Below, in pieces: positions 18,302 to 27,033 of a DNA stretch of 50,872 nt (position 1 is the stretch's first letter; each line of letters opens with the position of its first letter). The translations under genes were made by a program, and so were the position numbers. Origin of the DNA: Alphaproteobacteria bacterium (GTDB lineage: Bacteria > Pseudomonadota > Alphaproteobacteria > Caulobacterales > Caulobacteraceae); the NCBI GenBank assembly GCA_043740635.1, contig JAYUBY010000323.1, positions 1 through 50,872 on the forward strand, written 5' to 3'. A model generated the notes under the pieces. It was given only the letters and a program-made list of their open reading frames with translations. It did not search any database and was not told where the DNA came from.

Positions 18302-18691
18302 ATGGATTTGAAAGACCCCAGCCGCGCCGCGCAGCTTGAGCTAATGATTGGCGCAAGGATGCGCGCTCGGCGCCGCCAGCTCGGCCTTTCCCAGAGCGAC
18401 CTGGCCGAGCGGCTCAACGTATCCTTTCAACAGGTCCAGAAATATGAACGTGGGGCCAATCGCGTAGCGGCCTCGACCCTGTTAGCCGCCGCCCAGACAC
18501 TTTCCACCAGCATCTCCTGGTTAGTTGGTGAGGAATCCTCCGGCCGCGACGACGACGAGGACGTCTTCCGCGCGCTTTCACGGCCGGGCGCCTTGGAAAT
18601 CCTGGAGGCCTTCAACGCGATACCCGACCCGCGCACCCGCGCCGCGTTCCTGGCGCTCGCGCGTGAGTTGACCGCGGTCCCGGCGGCTTGA
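18302..18691 (+). CDS. XRE-family HTH transcriptional regulator
   Basis: IGARMRARRRQLGLSQSDLAERLNVSFQQVQKYERGANRV. AGAGGG RBS; divergent from the LuxR-TM gene. Confidence 0.93.
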   Translation: MDLKDPSRAAQLELMIGARMRARRRQLGLSQSDLAERLNVSFQQVQKYERGANRVAASTLLAAAQTLSTSISWLVGEESSGRDDDEDVFRALSRPGALEILEAFNAIPDPRTRAAFLALARELTAVPAA

Positions 18692-18702
18692 CCGACCGTT
18701 AA
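18688..18702 (+). promoter_or_regulatory. CtrA-like box upstream of shkA
   Basis: TTGA-CCGACCG-TTAA, one mismatch to TTAA-N7-TTAA. Confidence 0.35.
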
Positions 18703-18726
18703 GGCGTTTAGCGCTATCGAAGCGCC

Positions 18727-20286
18727 ATGCGCAGAACGCCGATGAAACCGGCTCGACCTCTTGGCGAGCGCAGACCCAGGCGCGCCCAGATCAGCGCCGA
18801 GCAGCTGGCCTCGCTCAGCCATGAATTCCGCACGCCCTTGAACGGGGTGCTGGGTATGTCGCGTCTGCTTGAGGGCACGCGCCTCACTGCCGAACAACGA
18901 GCCTATGTCGCAGCTCTCCGGGATTCCGGCGAACACCTGCTGACCCTGGTCAACGACGTGCTGGACTTCGCCAAGCTCGGGGCTGGCAAAGTCGAACTGC
19001 ACACCAGCGAGGTGGAGGTAGGCGACCTGTTGCGGGGCGTTTGCGAGTTGCTGTCACCCCGGGCACGCGAAAAGGGCATCGAGATTGCCTGGGCCGCGCC
19101 CAAGGATTTGGGCGCGATCCGCGCCGATGACGGACGCCTGCGCCAGATCCTGCTCAATTTCGCCGGGAACGCCGTGAAATTCACCGAGGTTGGTGGGGTG
19201 CTGCTCAGCGTCACCCAAGGGCCGCAAGGCCGCGTCCGGTTCGCCGTCGACGACACTGGCCCCGGCGTATCCGCCGCCCAGCGCGAGCGTATATTCGAAG
19301 CCTTTGCCCAGGCCGATCCCACCCACGCTCACCTAGGCGGCGCGGGACTGGGTCTCGCCATCGCCCGGCGCCTGGCCACGGCCATGGACGGCCAGGTTGG
19401 CGTAGAAGAGAGGCCGCAAGGCGGCGCTCGGTTTTGGTTCGAGGCCACGTTCCGCGCCGTTCCCGGATCGAATTCCGCCCCCGGGTTGGAGGACCGCAAG
19501 GTTGGCGTGGTCTCCCCAAACACGATCATTCGTGAAGCGGCCTCGCGGCAGATCGAAGCTTGCGCCGGGCGCGCCATCGCCGCCGCAGACCTCGACACTC
19601 TGATGGCTGCGACGCAGTTCGGCGATGTGATCCTCGTAGACCACGCCCTAGCGATCGGCACGCGGCTGATCCGCCGTCCACCAGAACGGCGCGCCATCAT
19701 TCTGCTCGCTCCGGAGGAACGCGCCCTGATCGGCCGCTATCGGCGCGCCGGATTCGCCGGCTACCTGATCAAACCGCTCCGCCGCGCGTCGCTGGAGGAG
19801 CGGGTCCTGGTTGCCGCGGCCGGCGCCGAACAGGCGCACAGCTCCGACGATCAGAACCATGACGAACGCATCGCCACGGCTGCTGCCCCCGGCAAGCGGG
19901 TGCTACTGGTCGAAGACAATCCGATCAACGCGCTCCTGGCTCGCGCGCTTCTGACCCGCGAGGGCTGTGAAATCGATCACGCCAGCCGGGGCGAGGAAGC
20001 CCTTGCCGCCGTCAAGGTCGGCGCCTACGACCTGATCCTCATGGACATGCGCATGCCCGGTCTCTCCGGCGTGGAGACTGCAGGCGCAATGCGGGCTCTC
20101 GGCATCGAGACCCCTATCGTCGCGCTGACGGCCAACGCCTTTGAGGACGACCGGCATGCTTGCCTGGCCGCCGGCATGAACGACTTCTTGGTCAAGCCGA
20201 TGTCGCCTGACGCCTTGCGCGCTATGCTGAGCCGCTGGACCGGAGCTGCCTGGACGGAAACCGCGAGGCGCGCCAAGGTCGGATGA
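18727..20286 (+). CDS. shkA: Cytoplasmic hybrid histidine kinase, ShkA-like (HisKA-HATPase-pseudoREC-REC)
   Basis: No sensor or TM domain; SHEFRTPLNG, NAVKFT, DDTGPG, GAGLGLAI; degenerate receiver with GFAGYLIKPLRRASL; DER linker; REC with VEDN/MDMRMPG/KP; followed by ampG. Confidence 0.85.
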   Translation: MRRTPMKPARPLGERRPRRAQISAEQLASLSHEFRTPLNGVLGMSRLLEGTRLTAEQRAYVAALRDSGEHLLTLVNDVLDFAKLGAGKVELHTSEVEVGDLLRGVCELLSPRAREKGIEIAWAAPKDLGAIRADDGRLRQILLNFAGNAVKFTEVGGVLLSVTQGPQGRVRFAVDDTGPGVSAAQRERIFEAFAQADPTHAHLGGAGLGLAIARRLATAMDGQVGVEERPQGGARFWFEATFRAVPGSNSAPGLEDRKVGVVSPNTIIREAASRQIEACAGRAIAAADLDTLMAATQFGDVILVDHALAIGTRLIRRPPERRAIILLAPEERALIGRYRRAGFAGYLIKPLRRASLEERVLVAAAGAEQAHSSDDQNHDERIATAAAPGKRVLLVEDNPINALLARALLTREGCEIDHASRGEEALAAVKVGAYDLILMDMRMPGLSGVETAGAMRALGIETPIVALTANAFEDDRHACLAAGMNDFLVKPMSPDALRAMLSRWTGAAWTETARRAKVG

Positions 20287-20322
20287 TCGGCGCAGGGGGC
20301 GCGCCGACCGGAGACCCCGCTG

Positions 20323-21669
20323 ATGACCGCACAAGCAGACGGTGCGCCGCGCAGAAAGCGCACGGCGATGGAAGTGCTGGCCTCGGTTCGGCAGCCCAAA
20401 GTCGCCGTCATGCTGGCGTTGGGGTTCTCCTCGGGCCTCCCCTTCATGCTGACGGCCAACACTTTCGGCTATTGGCTGCGCGATGAGGGCACGAGCCTCA
20501 AGGCCATCGGCTTCATTTCCTGGGTCGGGCTCGCCTATGCCATAAAAGTCTTCTGGTCGCCGATCGTCGAGCGGGTCGATGTGCCGATCCTTGGGCGACT
20601 GGGCCGCCGGCGCGGGTGGATGCTGCTCTCCCAGATCCTCGTCGCCATCGGATTGATCGGTATGGCGAGCGTTGGGGTCAAAGGTGGCCTGACCGCCGTC
20701 GGCGCATTTGCTCTGATGACGGCGTTTGCCTCTGCAACCCAGGACATTGTCATCGACGCCTGGCGGATCGAGGCTGCTTCCGACAGCGACGAGGTTGGCT
20801 TGATGACATCGGCAGCCCAGCTCGGCTATCGGGTTGCCCTCTTGATCACAGACGCGCTCATCATTGCGGTGGCGGAACAGATCGGCTGGCCCCTTTCCTA
20901 CGTCGGCATGGCGATCGGTATGGGGGTGGGGGTCACGGCGACGTTTTTGGCCTTTGAGCCAGCGCGCGCCGAAGCGGCTCTGCAATCCCAGGCTCCGCTA
21001 TGGACGCCACGCGGCTTCTTCGACGCCGTCGTGGGGCCGTTCATCGACTTCTTTGCGAAAAACCGAACCCTGGGATTGGTGATTCTGCTCGCAGTTGCGC
21101 TCTACCGGCTGCCGGATTTTGTTATGGGGCCGATGTACAACCCCTATTATCACGACCTCGGGTTCGCCAAGAACACGGTGGCCTTGATGCGCGGCCCTGT
21201 GGGGTTGATCGCGACCATCATCGGCATCGCTGCTGGCGGCATAAGCTCGATCCGGCTCGGCATCTTCCCCTCTCTAATGTTGGGCGCACTTCTTGAGGGG
21301 TTGGGCACCTCAGCCTTTGCCATCCTAAGCCTGCATTCGGACATCCCGACCTTTGGCGCGATCATGGCGATGGATAGTTTCGCGCAGGCCTTCGCTGGTG
21401 TGGCGCTAGTGGCTTACATGTCGAGCCTGACCGGTCTTGGCTACACCGCCACCCAGTACGCGCTTCTGTCGTCGACCTATGCCCTGCTTGGAAAGTTCCT
21501 GAAGGGCTTCTCGGGCCTGGCGGTCGAGAGCCTTACGCCCGCCCACGGCCTGCTCGGAGGCTATGCTTTGGCTTTCATCGGGACTGGACTGACGGCTGTT
21601 CCGCCGCTCCTGCTATTCTTGCTTCTCGCCCGCCTCCACCGAACCCCTGGCGCGGCGCCAAAGACCTAA
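20323..21669 (+). CDS. ampG: AmpG-like MFS muropeptide permease
   Basis: LGFSSGLP, GRRRGW, SATQDIVIDAWRIE, GYR, YTATQYALLSS. Confidence 0.92.
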   Translation: MTAQADGAPRRKRTAMEVLASVRQPKVAVMLALGFSSGLPFMLTANTFGYWLRDEGTSLKAIGFISWVGLAYAIKVFWSPIVERVDVPILGRLGRRRGWMLLSQILVAIGLIGMASVGVKGGLTAVGAFALMTAFASATQDIVIDAWRIEAASDSDEVGLMTSAAQLGYRVALLITDALIIAVAEQIGWPLSYVGMAIGMGVGVTATFLAFEPARAEAALQSQAPLWTPRGFFDAVVGPFIDFFAKNRTLGLVILLAVALYRLPDFVMGPMYNPYYHDLGFAKNTVALMRGPVGLIATIIGIAAGGISSIRLGIFPSLMLGALLEGLGTSAFAILSLHSDIPTFGAIMAMDSFAQAFAGVALVAYMSSLTGLGYTATQYALLSSTYALLGKFLKGFSGLAVESLTPAHGLLGGYALAFIGTGLTAVPPLLLFLLLARLHRTPGAAPKT

Positions 21670-22493
21670 GTCGTCAGGCAGACCACCTGCGCCACACGCA
21701 AGTTTCGCCTCAAATCGTCAGCGACGCGTCCGTAATTGTCGGCGCCGATTGGTACGCCTGGGAACTCCCCGAACCGGCGACCGCTGGCGATCAAGGCTCG
21801 CGCCGTCGTCTCCGGCGCAGTTGTGTAGATGCGTCCCCGGCGGGGCGCCTCAGCGATCGTGACGCCGACAACCCGGCCCTGGACATCGAGCGCGGGCGCT
21901 CCGGAGAGGCCGCCAAGAGTGCCCCGCAAACCGTCCGTGCGGCCGGTCTCCGCCCAGACCAGAACAGGTTCGGTTCTCGCGCCGCGTCCCTGCACCACGA
22001 GGTTCTCACGGCCGAGAAGCCGGGAGCTCGCTTCACCGGGCCGCCCCTGTGGAAAGCCCATGTGGAAGGCCCGCTCGCCCCGTCGAAGGCTTTGATTCAA
22101 ACCCAACGGCAGGGGCGGCGCCCCGCCATCCGTCGTGAGGATGGCCGTCTCAGCCTTGGGGTCGATGGTCACGCTGGCTGCCACGCCGCGCCCCGGCGAG
22201 ACGACGATGGCCGCCCGCGAACAACCCTCGACCACGTGGCGGGCAGTGATCCAGACACCTGATTGGGCGACAGAAAAGGCAGTTCCAGCCCCTGCTTCCG
22301 TCTTGTCGGAGACCTCGACGGCGACCGCCGGATCGAACGGCGACGGCGGCCCCAAGGCTGTGCCCTCGGCCTCGGGCGGCGGCGGCGGGGCGGGAGGGGC
22401 GTCGGCGCGCTCCTGGCGGCCGACCGCAGCGATCAGCAGCGCGACCACCACGGCGGCATAGATCAGCCAATCGGGCAGCCGTGGGAAATGCAT
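21666..22493 (-). CDS. Trypsin-like serine protease with N-terminal anchor, no PDZ
   Basis: GTAFSV, WITARHVV, GFPQG, GGLSGAP, GRVVGV. Confidence 0.85.
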   Translation of the reverse strand: MHFPRLPDWLIYAAVVVALLIAAVGRQERADAPPAPPPPPEAEGTALGPPSPFDPAVAVEVSDKTEAGAGTAFSVAQSGVWITARHVVEGCSRAAIVVSPGRGVAASVTIDPKAETAILTTDGGAPPLPLGLNQSLRRGERAFHMGFPQGRPGEASSRLLGRENLVVQGRGARTEPVLVWAETGRTDGLRGTLGGLSGAPALDVQGRVVGVTIAEAPRRGRIYTTAPETTARALIASGRRFGEFPGVPIGADNYGRVADDLRRNLRVAQVVCLTT

Positions 22494-22506
22494 GATGCCC
22501 TGATGC

Positions 22507-22935
22507 TCAGCCCGAGACGGCGGCCGCGAGGATTAGGGCGGTGGAGACCTTGGCGCCCACCAGCATGGCGGCGGCGGCCATCTCGCCGTCCTGAATCCGC
22601 CGTGGCAGGCCATGCAGGATCAGGTCCGCCAACCGAAATAACAGGAGCTGCACCAAGGTGATGGCCACACCCCAAAGGGCAAGCTCAATCAAGGTAGTCG
22701 ACGCCTTCAACGACACGGCTAGCGGAATGGCCAATCCTATCAGGACGCCGCCCAGCGACACCGCTGCGGCGGTGTTGCCGTCACGGATCAGGGCGATTTC
22801 CTTGTGTGGGGTGAGCATCACATAGAGCGCGGCGGCGGCGAACAGGATCACCACCGTGACGCCGGCGTGCAACAGGGTGACAGGGAACCCCGTGGCAAAG
22901 GCCTGGATTTCTGGCGACTGAAGGGGAGTGGTCAT
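22507..22935 (-). CDS. DUF350 (YjfL-like) membrane protein
   Basis: LYVMLTPHKEIALIRDGNTAAAVSLGG, IQDGEMAAA; four TM segments. Confidence 0.88.
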   Translation of the reverse strand: MTTPLQSPEIQAFATGFPVTLLHAGVTVVILFAAAALYVMLTPHKEIALIRDGNTAAAVSLGGVLIGLAIPLAVSLKASTTLIELALWGVAITLVQLLLFRLADLILHGLPRRIQDGEMAAAAMLVGAKVSTALILAAAVSG

Positions 22936-23000
22936 GGATGGACTGCTCGCGTGGACGGCCGCCCTCGATAGCATGCCCCACGGCCCATTCGGAAAGCGCC

Positions 23001-24167
23001 TTAGCTGGTAGGCGCCTCGGTCGCCGTTTTGCGTCGGACGCTGGCCCGCACCTTTTCACTCTCACTTTTCAACTGACCACAGGCGGCAAGGATGTCACGG
23101 CCGCGCGGCGTGCGGATCGGCGAGGCATAGCCGCCACGGTTGAGGATTGCGGCGAAGGCCTCGATGGTCGCCCAGTCGGAGCACTCGTAGTGGCTGCCCG
23201 GCCAGGGGTTGAATGGGATGAGGTTGATCTTGGCGGGGACACCCTTCAGCAGCTGGACCAGAGCCTTGGCCTCGGCCGGGCTATCGTTGACACCCTTCAG
23301 CATGACGTACTCGAAGGTCACCCGCTTGGCGTTTGACAGGCCCGGATACGCCCGGATCCCGGCTAGCAGCTCTGCCAGCGGATATTTCTTGTTCAGCGGC
23401 ACCAGTTTTTCGCGCAGCTCGTCATTGGTCGCGTGCAGAGAAATCGCCAACATGGCTTGGGTCCGCTCACCCAGCGCCTGCAGTTCAGGCACGACGCCGG
23501 ATGTCGAGACGGTGATCCGCCGCCGCGAGATCGCGATGCCCTCGTTGTCCGCGATGATGTCGATAGCTGCGGCCACGCTGTCCAAATTGTAGAGCGGTTC
23601 GCCCATGCCCATGAAGACGATGTTGGAGAGCCGTCGGTCTTCCTTCGGGGAAGGCCATTCGCCCAGGTCGTCGCGCGCTACCTGCACCTGGGCCACAATC
23701 TCTGCGGCCGTCAGGTTACGGACCAGGGCTTGCGTTCCGGTGTGGCAAAACGTGCAATTCAGTGTGCAGCCCACCTGACTTGAGACGCATAGCGCACCGG
23801 CGCGGCCCACGTCGGGGATGTAGACCGTTTCGACCTCAATTCCGGGCGCCGTGCGAATCAGCCATTTGCGCGTGCCGTCCCGTGAGACCTGCCGCTCGAT
23901 GATCTCCGGCCGCGCGACGGTGAAGGCCTCGGCGAGGCTCGCCCGCATCTCCTTGGCCACGTCAGTCATGGCCGAGAAATCGGTGACGCCATAGTGGTGG
24001 ATCCAGCGCCAGAGCTGGGTCGCGCGCATCTTGGCCTTCTCAGGCCTTACGACGTCAGCTGCGATCAAGGCTGCGGCCAGCTCAGTGCGCGTCAGCCCCG
24101 AGAGGTTTGGCTTCACAGTCGGGCGCGGCGTGGCTGGCGCACGCGAAAGGTCGAGGGTCACGCCCAA
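23001..24167 (-). CDS. rlmN: 23S rRNA (A2503-C2)-methyltransferase RlmN
   Basis: [59 protein letters not shown]. Probable TTG start at 24167 (GVTLDLSR). Confidence 0.97.
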   Translation of the reverse strand: MGVTLDLSRAPATPRPTVKPNLSGLTRTELAAALIAADVVRPEKAKMRATQLWRWIHHYGVTDFSAMTDVAKEMRASLAEAFTVARPEIIERQVSRDGTRKWLIRTAPGIEVETVYIPDVGRAGALCVSSQVGCTLNCTFCHTGTQALVRNLTAAEIVAQVQVARDDLGEWPSPKEDRRLSNIVFMGMGEPLYNLDSVAAAIDIIADNEGIAISRRRITVSTSGVVPELQALGERTQAMLAISLHATNDELREKLVPLNKKYPLAELLAGIRAYPGLSNAKRVTFEYVMLKGVNDSPAEAKALVQLLKGVPAKINLIPFNPWPGSHYECSDWATIEAFAAILNRGGYASPIRTPRGRDILAACGQLKSESEKVRASVRRKTATEAPTS

Positions 24168-24452
24168 GGTGAAAGGCTTCCTTTGAGGAGATCGCCGAAT
24201 ATAGGTGAACGGTGCGCATCGGCCAAATCGCCTGTGGCCTCTGGCCAATTGAGAGAATTGATGGGTCCCGAAGCCAAGAGCCCTAAGAACCGACGTCGTG
24301 AGCAAGCACGCCGCGACATAGACGAGCGTCACGAACAAAGTCCCGTAGAATACGGCGATGTTTCCGCTCGCCAGGGAGCCGGTCAGAAGGAAGCCCAGAA
24401 TCCAGCACACCGGGATCGCCGCGGTCTTCGCGCGCTGGGTAATTCTGCCCAT
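24168..24452 (-). CDS. Possible small two-TM protein, in frame with rlmN and lacking its own stop
   Basis: [60 protein letters not shown] has two hydrophobic stretches and is unrelated to RlmN. Confidence 0.35.
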
Positions 24453-24488
24453 GCTGGCATCATAGTCGCGAGGCGTCGAAGTGCGCGA

Positions 24489-25967
24489 TCAATCCTTGGT
24501 GGGCAGTGTTTCTGAACGGTTCCACCAGCCCCCGCCAAGCGCTTGGAAGAGCGCGGCGGTGTCGGTGTAGCGGGCCGCCTGCGACTGGAGACGCATCAAC
24601 TGGGCCTGCGCGACGGCCTGGTCGGCGTTCAGAACCACGAGACTATTGACTTCCCCCTGTTCGAACTTCTTGCGCGCGCTGCCGCGACTGACCTCGGCAT
24701 GGCGTTCAGACGCCGCTGCTGACGTCAGCGCGCGCGCATCGGTTTCGATGGCCTGCAAGGCGTCAGCGACGTTCTGAAAGGCGGTCAGGACGCTGCTTCG
24801 ATATTGCGCTTGGGCCTGCGCGTAGGCCGCTTCCGCCGCCCGCTGCTTATGAAGAAGGGCGCGACCTTGGAAGATCGGCTGGACCACGTCGCCGCCAAGC
24901 GCCCAGGCGCTGTTTCCGTGATTGAACAACTGACTCAGCTCAGAGGCTGACCCTCCAGCGCTTGCGGTAAGCGAGATGTTGGGCAAGCGATTGCTTATGG
25001 CCACGCCGATCTGGGCGCTTGCAACATGGAGCAAGGCTTCCGCCGCCCGAATGTCGGGCCTCTGCTCCACGAACTTTGAGGGGACGCTCAAAGGCAACTG
25101 GCTGGGCAGCTCCAGGCCCGAAAGTTGGATTTGGACCTCATCGCTCTCACCGGGATATCGCCCGGTCAGCGCAGCAATCATGTCGCGCGCTTGCCCGCGT
25201 TGTTTTTCCAGCGGGGGGAGCGTTTGTTCCACCTGCGCAAGCGCCGCTTCCTGTATTGTCACGTCGTTGCGCGAGATTTCGCCGAATGAGAACTGTCGCC
25301 GCATGACATCGAGCATGGCGGTGTTGGTTTTGATCACCGACTTGGTCGTCGCAATCTGGTCACGGACCAGGGCTTCTTGGATTGCGGCGACCACCAGATT
25401 GGAGATCAGGGTCGAATAGGTCGCCTCAGTCTGGAAGCGCTGAGCCTCGGCCTGCGCTTTGGCGGACTCCACCTGGCGACCCAGGCCACCGAAAACATCA
25501 GGCGTATAGGAGATGCTGAGTTGCGCTGTGTGCAGCGTGAAGAGTTCAGCATTTGACGACACTGGCGGCGCCAGCACCGCCGCTACCTTTTGTCGGGACC
25601 CGTTGTAGTCAGCCCCAACCGTCGGCGCCAGGATGCCGCGCTGTGCGTAGAAAGTTTCCCGCGCGACCCGAAGGGCCGCGTCAGCGGCCTGCAAGTCCGG
25701 ATTGTTGTGCAGCGCGCGATCGACCAGCGCATCAAGCGCCGTTGAGTTATATAAGGTCCACCAACGTCCGGAGACATCAAGGCCGTCGACGAACTGCTGG
25801 GCAGTTCCGCCCGAAACGTTTGTTGCAGCGGTGCGATTGGGCAGCGGAGCGGGTGTGAAGCGGGTGACATCCGGCGCCGCCGGCGCATGGAAATTTGGAC
25901 CCAAAGCACAGGCGCTAAGGCCAAGAGACGCCAGGACGCCCGAGAACGTTCCGGCCTTGATTCCCAA
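24489..25967 (-). CDS. RND efflux outer membrane factor (NodT/OprM-type lipoprotein), copy 1
   Basis: Lipobox LSAC-ALGPNF, NNPDL, DVFGG, RPDIRAAE, LFQALGGGWW. Probable TTG start after GGGAG. Confidence 0.93.
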   Translation of the reverse strand: MGIKAGTFSGVLASLGLSACALGPNFHAPAAPDVTRFTPAPLPNRTAATNVSGGTAQQFVDGLDVSGRWWTLYNSTALDALVDRALHNNPDLQAADAALRVARETFYAQRGILAPTVGADYNGSRQKVAAVLAPPVSSNAELFTLHTAQLSISYTPDVFGGLGRQVESAKAQAEAQRFQTEATYSTLISNLVVAAIQEALVRDQIATTKSVIKTNTAMLDVMRRQFSFGEISRNDVTIQEAALAQVEQTLPPLEKQRGQARDMIAALTGRYPGESDEVQIQLSGLELPSQLPLSVPSKFVEQRPDIRAAEALLHVASAQIGVAISNRLPNISLTASAGGSASELSQLFNHGNSAWALGGDVVQPIFQGRALLHKQRAAEAAYAQAQAQYRSSVLTAFQNVADALQAIETDARALTSAAASERHAEVSRGSARKKFEQGEVNSLVVLNADQAVAQAQLMRLQSQAARYTDTAALFQALGGGWWNRSETLPTKD

Positions 25968-26108
25968 TGATGTGTCTCCCAGCTGGGCCCGATCGCAGGG
26001 TTGCCGTCCCCTTTTGACCGTGTCAATCGGCACAAGGGTAGTTGCCAGTTGGGGGAGCATGCGTGCACCTTCGCGTCAGGTGTGAATGGTGGCGCGGGCC
26101 GGGGGACA

Positions 26109-27032
26109 ATGTTTGCGAGAAGTCTGAAGCTCGCGCTGGTGGCCACTGGACTAGGCCTCGGCGTTTTCGCGGGATGTCCATCGAGCTTCGCCGGCGTGCA
26201 AGTCCCCGGGGAAATGCAGCAGCGCTTTGGCCTGGCGACACAGAAGCTTGCCGCGGCCCGTCGCGCCGCCGAAATCGACGCTTTCGCCAAAGTGCTGGAT
26301 CCAGCGACCCTAGTGCAGCTCGATTCAGACCTTCGAACGGCCGAAACCGCGGCTCAAGCCTCGACCGCCGAAGACAAGCGCTCGAGCGCACTAAATCGGC
26401 AGGGTGGCGAGATTTCATCCAAAGACGCCGGTGCCGCGCACGCCCAAGCCGGGTCTGACGCCCTTCGCGTAAAGCTCCTGAGCAAGCAATTGGCGCTGAC
26501 CTGGGGGAGCGGTGTCGCGAATCTGAGCCTGGACAGCCGAGATCGCCTGGTCCGCGGACTTTCCAACGGATCAATCGCACTCGTGCACGTGGACACGCAC
26601 AACAACGAAGGTCAGGCCGGAGCGCGCAGTGTGCGCATCGATGTTGGCGACAGTTCGGTGACCGGCCGGGTGATCGGTTTAGCGCGCGCCGCTGAGCCTC
26701 GGCTCCAGTCGACGGGCTTGATCGTGGAGGTTGCAGGCAAGGCCGCAGCGCACCTGGCGGTCGGCCTCACCCAAAGCGCGCACATCGCGACGACCAGCCA
26801 GGAGACAGGGGTCCTCATCCCCCGCTCAGCACTCATTCGCTACGAGGGCTCAAACTGGGCCTACGTCCGGACAAACGCTTCGCAGTTCGAACGTCGCATC
26901 CTTCAGGATCCCGTGCCAGGCGCGGACGGCTATTTCGAAGCGCACGGTTTCGCCGCCGGAGACGAGGTTGTTGTTCGTGGTGCGCCAGCGCTTTTCGCTA
27001 GCGAGCAAAATCATCTTGTGAAGGCGCAATAG
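26109..27032 (+). CDS. RND periplasmic adaptor (membrane fusion) protein, divergent
   Basis: Signal peptide, GVLIPRSALIRYEGSNWAYV, FERR, GDEVVVRGA; directly upstream of an RND permease. Confidence 0.8.
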   Translation: MFARSLKLALVATGLGLGVFAGCPSSFAGVQVPGEMQQRFGLATQKLAAARRAAEIDAFAKVLDPATLVQLDSDLRTAETAAQASTAEDKRSSALNRQGGEISSKDAGAAHAQAGSDALRVKLLSKQLALTWGSGVANLSLDSRDRLVRGLSNGSIALVHVDTHNNEGQAGARSVRIDVGDSSVTGRVIGLARAAEPRLQSTGLIVEVAGKAAAHLAVGLTQSAHIATTSQETGVLIPRSALIRYEGSNWAYVRTNASQFERRILQDPVPGADGYFEAHGFAAGDEVVVRGAPALFASEQNHLVKAQ

Positions 27033-27033
27033 C

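Noticed and set aside
18205-18417. N-terminal 71 aa of the track's 329-aa LuxR ORF, and the 18062 start of the XRE ORF
   Set aside because: These extensions overlap the divergent gene and promoter. ATG starts at 18204 and 18302 give clean domain boundaries.
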